Positions 53,614 to 64,000 of a DNA stretch of 64,000 bases are shown here, in pieces; position 1 is the first letter of the stretch; the number at the start of each line of letters is the position of its first letter. The DNA is from Antedon mediterranea (taxonomy: Eukaryota; Animalia; Echinodermata), in NCBI RefSeq assembly GCF_964355755.1, contig NC_092675.1, positions 19,316,912 to 19,380,911 of the forward strand, given 5' to 3'. Both the position numbers and the translations under genes were made by a program. Under the pieces are notes generated by a model. That model did not search any database. It worked only from the letters and a program-made list of their open reading frames with translations, and had not been told where the DNA came from.

Positions 53614-53904
53614 TGGATCTTAAGTTATCAATAGTTCCTTTATAAATGTCTTGTCTTTTCTTATAAAATCTTAATATGGATCTTAATCGAGTAAAAAAAT
53701 AGTTGCTTTCGAAATGTCTTGTCTTTTCTTTTCTTATAAAATCTTAATAAGGATCTTAAGTTATCGAGTAAAAAAATAGTTGCTTTCGAAATGCCTTGTC
53801 TTTTCTTTTCTTATAAAATCTTAATAAGGATCTTAAGTTATCGAGTAAAAAAGTAGTTCCCTTTGAAATGTCTTGTCTTTTCTTTTCTTATAAAATCCTA
53901 ATAA
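53614..53904. repeat. ~77-bp tandem repeat, ~3.5-4 copies
   Basis: Unit GAAATGTCTTGTCTTTTCTTTTCTTATAAAATCTTAATAAGGATCTTAAGTTATCGAGTAAAAAAATAGTTGCTTTC. Confidence 0.9.
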
Positions 53905-54194
53905 ACTTTTAGTATACCACTGCACTGAATCATGTTAATAATCACTCAAGTTTGATCGCCGTATGAAGACTATATCGTATTAGTCCTGTTATTATAAGCA
54001 TCGATTAACAAATAATATACCATATTCTGAAACAAACACCCTTCTTCTCTTTAATACCAACTCACCGCCAAATCTTCTCTCTCTAAAGACTTTTGATCAT
54101 GTAATCGTATTTTTTTGCCAAAACCCAATCTCTTTCATTGCACCTAGCTATATTTTCAAATAAAACAATAAACAAAAAATGTTTCTGTCTAATC

Positions 54195-54350
54195 ATCCCC
54201 CCTTCCCCGCCCGGCCCCACCTCCTACTACAATTTTCCCATACCTTTCCCGTCAGCACTATACGCCATTACATTAATCGCGTTTCCTTCGACGCAAAACG
54301 CAAGAACGAAGCGCACCGCGAGTAATGACCAATCACGACGCAGTTAATAA
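54195..54350. promoter_or_regulatory. Possible Pol II promoter-like segment (GC box and CCAAT box, CpG-enriched)
   Basis: CCCCGCCC (~54205) in a C-rich patch and GACCAATCA (~54328) in an otherwise AT-rich background. No associated gene identified. Confidence 0.3.
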
Positions 54351-56945
54351 CTGTCGTTTGAGATTGATCAACTCACTTGTTATGCGCCTTACGTTGCTTC
54401 ACTACTGTTTTAATATAACGTACGAAAAATATATTCTGAGTTCATACAATACAATACAATACGTCATAACAATCGTGTAGTGAATTATAGACTACTTCAC
54501 ATACTCCAATTGACCCAGATCTATTGAATTAAAAATAATATTATTTTCATGAGATTATAGTATATAAAATTTATAGCAAATGATGTTTTTGCAATCGAAT
54601 ACAGGTTACAGCCTTATAAATTAGCGTTCTCACGCCTCAAGCGATAAAGCGAGAAACTTTTCTTTTCTTTCATACTCAGTATAGAGAATGACATGAGAGG
54701 CATGCAAGACATCTATATCGTTATTATCTATTATTTTCTATCGTTTATAGTTAATGTCTTTTTTTACAACTTGTTTTTATGTTTGAGCTCTAATTGCTAA
54801 GAGTAGGTCTACCCAATAAAACACTATAAAACGTCCACTTTATCAAGAAATTTCCACAGAACTGGGCTCTTAGTCGCCATCCAATATTGTGCTTAATTCA
54901 ATTTTGATAAGAAAATGTTATATGTAAGCCCAGAATGTTACTTCTTTTCGACACTCTATGTATAGTATGTGCAGTATCGAGGCAAATTATGTATAGTCTC
55001 ACATGTGACACATGTATCATAGGACAATACAAGCCCCCCATTTGATACATACGTTTTGTTTTGATTTATTTTGATAGCATACATAAAGAAAACAGATAAG
55101 AAACAAGGAACCGTGCAACGTAATCATTTGTTTGGTACCATGGATAGCCCTGTAAATCTCGCCTCTTTCCAAAAAATGGCGGAAGGAGATTTTCAACAAC
55201 AACCATGAGAATGACATACAATTGAATTAATCTGCATACTATAATATCAAACAAAATTAAGTATAAAGAAACATACAATTCTTCAATTCACATGAAAATG
55301 AATACAATCGCCTTCTGGGGGAGTATTTTGTATTACAAATTAAGTGTCAATAAGTTGAGAGGCTATAATTTCATTTAATATGTTACGACCACGATATTTG
55401 TTAGTTACTAAAATATCAAAATCTAACTCTCATAAATTCAAGAATCAATGGAGAATATACATGAATGACATAAAACAACCAATATTGGAAGAAATGCTTT
55501 CTTTTTGACTAATAAAAAAAACCAACTTGTACCAAACTAGACGACGACTGCCCAGGGAAATGTTGAATATGAACGACGTCATGTAGGCCCATGGCAATTC
55601 TCATTCAACATTTCAATCGATGTTAGGGTTAATTGTTGATTATTTTTGCTAGAGGACATAATTGCAGCTTAATATTGCTTTTTAATATCCATTTCCAATA
55701 ACACGAAGATGCTTTGGCAACCCACTAAATGCCGACTGGACGAATTCTGTCAAAGTTGATATTCGCAACAAAGTTTAATGCAGTCAAGTAGATGTGAAAT
55801 GCGTAAGATACTCATACTGTGCTGCGTGTGTTTTTACGATCAATGAATTATATAAAACTAAATTGTATTAGTTATAAGTTAAGAATCTGTTTATATTATA
55901 CGCCATCAATAACCATTTATAAATCGCCATAAACACTATTTTGTTTGGTAGATTGACTTTTTTTTCAACCAGAACTTCATTACGCCTGATATCTCTTTTT
56001 GTAGAAATTACACCCTTTCTCTATACATTAAAAGTCATTCCGGTATGCGCACTTTAAAGATAATTGAGCCAATAACATCGCCGATGGCGATGACGCGGTC
56101 ACTCTACTCAAAAGATCTTCACCGCGTACATTAAATTATTTGCATTTGTATAAATATTCAGAATAAATTATAGGATTCAGAATAATTACATGTAATGAAT
56201 TTATCATTAAATCATTTTTATAATTGTTAGTCGTGTATGCACTTCTAAATGCAAAGGATTTAATGGTTATATTTTAATCGAATATCATCAATGTTCATAT
56301 CAGTATATACTATTATGTGTAATATTAGTACCGATTTATAAAAAAGGGAAATTACAGATTGAGATGCAATTTCGAGTTATTTAGCTATTTAAATTTACTT
56401 CATTAGTCCTAAATATAATTTTTATTTAATAATTTTTTTAAATTGCAACAATATTCTCACATTGTACATGCCTATTTTAAAATTTGGAATTATTGGTCAT
56501 ATATTTTGTTAGGTTTTTTTTTCATTTAAAAAATTTAATTGGGTTGGGTACGTAAATTGTTTTATTATTGATTTTCATTCTTCTGAGGTCTTAGCTCATT
56601 TTCGACATAAGAGATTACTTAGTAAAATGATTGAGATAATAATTATTGACAATTTTAATGATGATAAAGTCAATGAATTCAAAATTGTCTTTTCTTCTTT
56701 TGAATATGTAAAAGTTGTTCGATATCATAATAACAATCAACAATTTACGTAAGACCGTTTCTGTCAAAATGAGTGAATACACCACGCCACAACTCTTATT
56801 GATCGAAACCATTAACCAATTGCTGACTTGCATTATTGAAATGTAAGATATAACTCACAAAATGTACGGGATTGTGGACAGAGTTTGCAAGATAATATTG
56901 GAGAACAATTGCAGAGGGCCAACACAGAGGACACAACCTAAAGGA

Positions 56946-57088
56946 AACAAGACCATATACATGGCTGTAGCCGCGTGCTCAAGTTAGTGTTTACCGACCA
57001 ACCGACCAACTGACCGACCATCCAAACGAACCATCAACCGACCGACCGACATAGTGAGCTGTAGAGTCGCGTTGCTCGCGATTAAAAA
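56946..57088 (-). mobile_element. Miniature HINE/DINE-1-like element with expanded (ACCG)n core
   Basis: Same family as the 10168 and 31729 copies; hairpin AGTCGCG-TTGCT-CGCGATT followed by AAAAA. Confidence 0.75.
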
Positions 57089-57118
57089 CAAAATAGAATA
57101 TGTTGTTATTACGCCAAT

Positions 57119-57410
57119 AATCAGGTTCAATATAACATTCATCGGGTTCAATACAACATTCATCAGATTCAATACAACATTCATCAGGTTCAATACAACA
57201 TTCATCAGATTCATTACAACATTCATCAGATTCATTACAACATTCATCAGATTCAATACAACATTCAGCAGGTTCAATACAACATTCATCGGGTTCAATA
57301 CAACATTCATCAGATTCAATACAACATTCATCAGGTTCAATACAACATTCATCAGGTTCAATACAGCATTCATCAGGTTCAATACAACATTCATCAGGTT
57401 CAATACAACA
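57119..57410. repeat. 21-bp minisatellite, ~14 copies
   Basis: Unit CATCAGGTTCAATACAACATT; explains the FNTTFIR and VVLNLMN ORFs. Confidence 0.95.
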
Positions 57411-60194
57411 TATTGTAAGAACTTGTTTATTTCAACTATCTTTATAAATATTATTACAGTAAGAGAGACAAACAAACATTTTATTCTAAAGCATAAGGAC
57501 TTAGCAGCGTTCCATAACCATGCAAGAATTGGTCAAAGAAGTCGAAACACATTGTCTGATACCTTATTTAAAATTCTCACCACGTTTGTTTTATATCATA
57601 TCGTCTCTAATTGAAACATCTCATTAACAACAGACACTAATAACATTGGCATATATTATTGAACGAAAATGATTTTTGTTTAACCTTTTAGAAGTTATAT
57701 TATTGCTGTTTTTGTGTCCTGCATCGATAATCACGCCATGTAATGAGTTTTATAACTCTGCATTTTGTTTCTTGATTAACATCAAAATATACAATTACAC
57801 AGTGTTGAATTAATCATAATTGTAAAACATATTCAGTTAAACGAAAACTATTGTTTAACTGTAAACAAACTATTTTGTGAATGAAACGTGATAAAATTAT
57901 ACATGTCAAGTAACAAATATCTGTTTTTATAGTTCTTTTATTTCTTTATCGTAACATTCCATTTTATATACTCAGCAGTAGTATTGGATACAATAAATGC
58001 CATTCTTCCTCTGACAGGTTAGCGAATGTACAACTATTAATGACGTCATTTTACTAAATTAAATTGACTTTAACATTCATTTGAATCAGATTTTTTGGTG
58101 TAACGTGTAAGCAGTGTAACACGATGTACATCGACGAGTATACCATGAATGTTGACTAACGTCATTTTAAATGATGTCCAAAGGTAGATGATTAACTTGT
58201 TAAAGTGTTGCGTTATGTACATTATGTCAATTGTCAGTGTCGTTCATGAGTATTTGCATTCTCAACAACTAAGTATACACCTGTTTTCATCCGGTCAACA
58301 TTCACGCCTACTGTATACGCACTTACCTGCAAACGATCTAGAAATGGAAACATTCCTGTTGAAATTAGCAACGAATGTTTGTTTTCGATTGTCAACACTT
58401 ATTTTCACGAATTAATAATGAATGTATATTGATATCATGTCATTTAATACTGTCGTAAATTGATAGATGACGTTTTAAAGAAGAATTATTAATGAGTCTG
58501 TCCGGATGGGTGATCTGGTAACCGTATTAACATTATTACCCCTCTATAATATGGAAAAATGTGTCCGGATAGAAGATGTATTGCTTGTTAAAGCAAGGCA
58601 ATCTAATTGGTTCAAGTAATTGTCGCAATAAATTGGACATGAACAATCCAAATAAAAATCTAAGGATAAACTAGAATTTAATTCGTCACTTTGACGAATT
58701 ATAGGTGATCATTTTTATCATTTTAATCAAATTAACATTTTTTAAACATGCATGTACGTTAACATACGATCGTTAAAAGTTGATGTACGCCATTCTATGA
58801 CATGATGCATATACACTTATAGTGCTGAGTTCTACCTATTATGTGTCATACAATATGTACAGTATTATACTGTATATCTATATACAGTGTAGCATAGGTG
58901 AAATTACGGGACTCATATCGTGTTCTAATTTTTTGGTATGATGGAATTTTCAAAATAAACTCGAAGATGACAATTTCGAAAGATAATGAATTGAGCAAAT
59001 AAATATAAGGATTGGAAGAAAATTTGACACGTAGAAGCGCAATGCGCGGTCTTTGAAATTTGTATAACTTTGAATAAAGAAATTTAAAAACTACTTTTTA
59101 ACTTCAACTGGCCATATGATAACATCACAACATCCGATAGGCTTAATTTTAATATGAATTCATATCTAAATTTCATCAGCTTTCATAATAAGTTATAATC
59201 TTCAAGGTCACCTTTAATTCTGAAGAGCTATAAGATATTCAAATGTATGGTGTAGCTGAAATTACACGACCTAGGTTATTCAAGTTTTTACGCGTGATGA
59301 CGTCATCAAAATAAAAATGTTGACAACTCATTAGAAGAATAATTAATTGAGCGAGCACATACTAAAAGTTGTGCAAAAATCGGGCTCAAATAACGGAGAT
59401 GCGCTCTATTGAATGTGATAACCCACACAAAAAGATAAAAATTCCTAATTTTTTAATTCAAGTGGCCATTTGATGACGTCATACCATTTTGTACGTCTAA
59501 TGTGTATATACATTTGTATCTACAACTTATTGGCTTCCATAATAAGTTAAAAAAATTGGGGGTCATCTGCCATTCTGAAGAGTTATATTCATTTTAAAAA
59601 GTCCTTATTTTTTACCATTTTTAGCACTTTTGTACAATTAGTGTGCGCATTTTGTCATTTTTAACGTGCTCGTATAGCGTTATTTTAAGTCGGAATGGAC
59701 TCAAAATTGGTGAATGTATTAAGGATTGTGAGTAGAATGTGATTTATACATCAGATTTTATTTTTTACGCATTTTAAGAATCGTGCGCACAAAAACGCAT
59801 TTTTGCGCAGTAATTTTTTGAAACGCGCAAATGGCCTAATTCATGCTCTAAATTGATCAAAACCTAATTTTGCGCGTTTTAAATTTTTAACGCGCGATTT
59901 CACGTGCATGACCTTGAAACGCGCAACTTTTTATTTGCTAATATTTTTACCCTTGACCTGAAGTTTACCTGTAGTGAATTTCATTAATATGTCATAATGA
60001 ATTATGGAGATATGATTGATAATGTGATTACACAAAATGGCGTATAAATGACGTCACGGATGAGTGATCACGCTGGAAAGCTCATTAGGATTAAGTTATA
60101 TTATTTGAAAGATATTCTGAAATTTTGGTAATCATTGACATTAAACTTTTTGAGATAATTGTTACACAAAATAGTGTACAGAAACAATAAAAAG

Positions 60195-61820
60195 AACTAG
60201 ATCTAAACTCGTCACTTGAGGACGAGTTTGGTTATCCGCCCGCAACAAAACATATCTTGCGCATTCAAGTGCTTTTCAGTTGTGACTTTTCCAAAAAGTA
60301 GCCTATTCAAAATTAAAACTGCCCTTTCAGTGTATTAACCAAACAAATCTTTTTATTTAATCGCTTTCCCGTGATGGGATTCGATCCCGGTACCTCTGAT
60401 ACCAAAGTCGGTTGCACTACACATCGAACCATATGAGCACCTGCTGAAGAAAATCCGAAGAAAGAGTCCTCGTTCATTCGGTATGTCGTGAACCCCCTCG
60501 ATGCAAGTTGATTATTACATATCGAACTTAAATCATAATTTTTACTATGATGAAATCTTCACAAATTTTAAACAGTTACATATTATGAAAGTGCATACTT
60601 TCAAGTTTTATATATTAACATGTAAAGAAAAAAGATAAACGTTATGTATATTGTTTTACTCTTTGAATATGTTTATGTTAGTTTGATGATAATTATTTCA
60701 AAAATTACATTTAATATGCAAATAATGTAGCTATCAAACACTTTTTAACATTCAAGACTATAATAAATTAGACCTATGATTAATACACTGCAAGAAAATA
60801 AAATAAAAAATTGGGGTAACCTTGCATTCTGATGAACTGTTTCATTTTTAAAAGTAAACATATTTTGCAACATTTTCACAATTTGTTGACGTTTTCGTGC
60901 GCAACCTGTCATGTTTAACGTGCTCGTAGAACGCCATTTCAAGTTGAAAAGTGAATAAAATAACGGAAAATTGTTAACCGAAGATTTAAAAACACAAATC
61001 GTGCAAAAGAAATGTTCATACTTGTTCCATGCGCCGTGCGCGCGTAAAAATGTGCGCACCAGTGGCAATTTTTACAACGCTTAAAATGACCTGAATCGTG
61101 CTCTAATTTAATCAGAAATTGATTTGAAGCATTTTAAAATTTCAAACGCCATTTACGCGCGCACTTTCTAATGTTACAAATTGCGGTAGCGTTAAAAAAG
61201 TTAACTATTGATGAGAAGCAAACGTGGCTGAAAATGACGTTAACAAATATTCATTTGTTTCGAAGTTATAACCAATTTAAGATTTTCAGAAAATCACGCG
61301 TAACTTACGCTACGCGGCTCTGACATCGTCAAAAAGCTTGGCTGGACAACTTCAGTAAAATGTCTAAATGCTGAACAAGTTACAACATATTATGTTTACA
61401 CGTTGAAGAGAAACAGCGTGCACAAAATAAGAAGAGTAAAATATTTCAAACGCAATTTACGCGAAAACTTTCTAATCTCCAAAAATTTGTTAAACATTCC
61501 AAAAGTTAGCCATTGATGTGAAGAAAACGTGGCTGAAAATTTCGTTAAAAAATATTTATCGGTTTCGAAGTTATGACCGATTTCAGATTTTCAGAAAATC
61601 GCGCGTAACTTACGCTACGCGGATCTGACATTGTCAAAAAGCTTGGCAGTACATCTTCAGTTAATTGTCTATATGTTGACCAAGTTACAAAATGTTATGT
61701 TAACACGTTCAAGAGAAAACGCGTGCACAAAATCTGAGAAAGAAAGAAGAATAATAAAAAAAAAAAAAAGTAACACTACAATAACAAATGCTTATCCGCT
61801 TGAGGCGGATAACCAAAAAT
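60195..61820 (-). mobile_element. Non-autonomous Helentron/Helitron2-type element nested in the 58.7-61.9 kb element
   Basis: Same design: AACTAG end (60195), hairpin AAACTCGTC..GACGAGTTT (60205-60229), sub-TIR GGTTATCCGCC (60230-60240) inverted at 61804-61814 within hairpin TTATCCGC-ttgag-GCGGATAA. Two ~300-bp internal tandem units (~61140-61430 and ~61443-61735). Confidence 0.75.
60362..60433 (-). mobile_element. tRNA-like / SINE-head fragment inside the nested Helentron-type element
   Basis: Reverse complement TATGGTTCGATGTGTAGTGCAACCGACTTTGGTATCAGAGGTACCGGGATCGAATCCCATCACGGGA has degenerate A and B boxes at tRNA spacing. Stems are too degenerate for a functional tRNA. Confidence 0.5.
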
Positions 61821-64000
61821 AAAGATTTGATACAATAACAATAGGTGATCATTTTATTCTAAATGATCACCTAATAATGTTATCAGCACCAACTTGTAGA
61901 ATGGGTTTTTATAACATGGTTAATTATCCCATGGTTCTTGAAATTGTCACAGATTTTTTTTCCATTTTCAGCCAGTTTTTCTGGTTGCTGGACCAGTGTC
62001 AAATTATATAAGTTGATGTTTATGATATTAATAAACAAAAAATAACATTGAGTAATCTCTTGCCAATAAGTAGAACCTGATTTGCAACAAAACATGGTGT
62101 AAACTAAATACACAGTAGCTTTTATAGTATTATATCTGAAATGGCATCGATCAAAGAATTGGAAGTGTGTACAAAAATCCACACTTACTTTTTATACGGT
62201 AATCATTGACAGATACTTGCTAGCAAAACGCAAACAGTGTATCATGGATACCACACGGGCATGTTAAGCACTTCACCACGCCAAAGAATCTTTCCGAGAT
62301 GACATCTAATCATTTACTTTTAGTAAAGTGGTTCTGTGTTCATTTATTAATTTGTTCGTTTGCTCTCTTCAAATAGGTTCTTGTACACTTTCAATCACTA
62401 TCTATATTAGTCATCGATTCAAATGTTTTTGAATATTGTATGATTAATCTTGAAAATTACTTTGGAGAATTTTAAATTAGGTCACATAGCATCAGTAATA
62501 TAGAGTTTTGGAAAACAAAATCAAAACGATGAAATGTCTTTGAGTAAAAGTTTTTTTTAAAATAAATACGACATACTGTGGAATTCGTAGAGAACTACAT
62601 GGTGAAGAGACCAATTATCAAACTTGAACATTGCTGTGATTATCAAGTTTAGTAACAGGGTCAAAGTAAATTTAAATAATTTTATTTTTTACATTATGTT
62701 TATTTGTTACTTTGTAAAGTGTAAATCATGATATTTGGATATTAGGACAAGTTATTAAGAAATGCTACATAAATGTATTGTTTACCCTTGGGCTGTCCAA
62801 ATTGTTTTTCTAGAAAGTCTGGGTTTTTTTTTTCAATTTCAACAGTACAGGAACGAATGTGGAACATTAAAACCTTACGAAACGATGGTTTCAGGAGATA
62901 TTTGACGGTACGTTGGTCTTCCTAATATCAAATAAGTATAGATCTCTGAATTAATCGTCGTCATAAGAATGCTTGAAAAAAAAGGCAACTTAGTCTATTT
63001 TACTTCAAGATATTTCGAGAGGGCGACATTCAGTAAAGATGTTCTAATGCCATAGGCCTAAAATATAAAACTATTTCAAACATTCTTGCGAATTTACCCT
63101 GAATACCTGTGATGACACTGCATACAAATACCTCAACATAATAAAATAGAAATTGTGCAAGATAGCTAAAATAGACTGTTGAAATAGGGACAGAAAAGTA
63201 TAAAAATTCCGTACATTTCAAATATTTGAATTAGATTTTTTCCCCCTACATTTTCCGGTGACGAGCTTCTTCGCCGGAAAATGTAGTAAAAAATAAATAA
63301 TTATCAAACGGAAGCTACTACAGTATGTTATACATTCAAATAAATCAATGAATGAATCAATCATGAATCACAATGATAAGGAATAAATGTAATGTAAATT
63401 GAAATAAATTACCAATAAAGCTTTATTTGCTATAACAGTCTTCTTTATAAAAGAAGATATTTATTTAATAATGTTTATTATGGAACGTTTCGTCTTGCTG
63501 ATTAAATACGTTGTCAATGTTCTTTTAGTATACATTATTTAATTTACGAAAATAAATCATAATGGTACTTTAGATATATACTAGCTTTATTTAATAACGT
63601 TGTATTTTATAGGACTATTTTCTAAAACCATAAGCACATAATATGGTTTTAACTTGAAAACTGATACGCCATGGATAATGTATAGTAAATTTGATGATCG
63701 TTAAATCACGAAGGAAATAGCTGTTGCATGCTTAACTGTCAACCGCATTGGTAAAATCAATTTAAGATTTATCAATCGTCGCATCAAATATAACATGTCC
63801 ATGCCTACTTTGTATAATTGCAGCTAACTTATTCCTCTATCTGAAAACAGCGTTCCGCTTTAAACTGATTGTTCAAATCACCGCAGGTAACTATACAGAT
63901 ATCATGTTCGAAACAGAGCTTAATCAGACTTTTAACAAAAATTGACCGGGTTTAAAGTGAAAATGTACGCAAACGAAAAAAAAAAAATTATAGTATATAG

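Larger units (their letters stand above)
58669..61878 (-). mobile_element. Non-autonomous Helentron/Helitron2-type element (outer element, interrupted by a nested relative)
   Basis: Minus-strand 3' end is hairpin AATTCGTCA-aag-TGACGAATT followed by CTAG|TT. Sub-TIR TAGGTGATCATTT (58702-58714) is inverted at 61861-61873, which is also one arm of the terminal hairpin 61842-61873. Diverged internal direct repeats at ~59095-59230 and ~59450-59590. Confidence 0.75.

Noticed and set aside
56984-57614. 163-aa and 186-aa heptad-repeat ORFs
   Set aside because: Produced by a stop-free 21-bp minisatellite plus an adjacent HINE.
63246-63287. Hairpin CTACATTTTCCGG..CCGGAAAATGTAG as a terminator or miRNA
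   Set aside because: Eukaryotic context and too short for a pre-miRNA; probably the end of another degenerate DNA element whose limits I could not define.

Overview
AT-rich, intron- and repeat-dominated animal genomic DNA, probably a marine invertebrate. An echinoderm-like deuterostome is inferred from a Deu/Nin-type SINE and the repeat content; this is not proven. The only clearly recognisable protein-coding gene is a minus-strand gene with two identifiable coding exons (40264-39546 and 39438-37893, 107-bp GT-AG phase-2 intron). Splicing joins the two listed ORFs into one ~754-aa protein: three N-terminal ankyrin repeats fused to a cGAS-like receptor (cGLR / Mab-21-fold nucleotidyltransferase). 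It has an intact GS...E-x-D...D catalytic signature, substitutions in the predicted nucleobase pocket and two large insertions. A second minus-strand gene is visible only as a signal-peptide exon (21391-21331), with the rest apparently beyond the window start. The remainder is mobile DNA: Helentron/Helitron2-type non-autonomous elements (one nested in another), CORE- and Deu-type tRNA-SINEs, Kolobok- and Harbinger-like MITEs, tiny TIR+TSD insertions, mini/microsatellites and many putative transposon footprints. Most short ORFs in the track look spurious.
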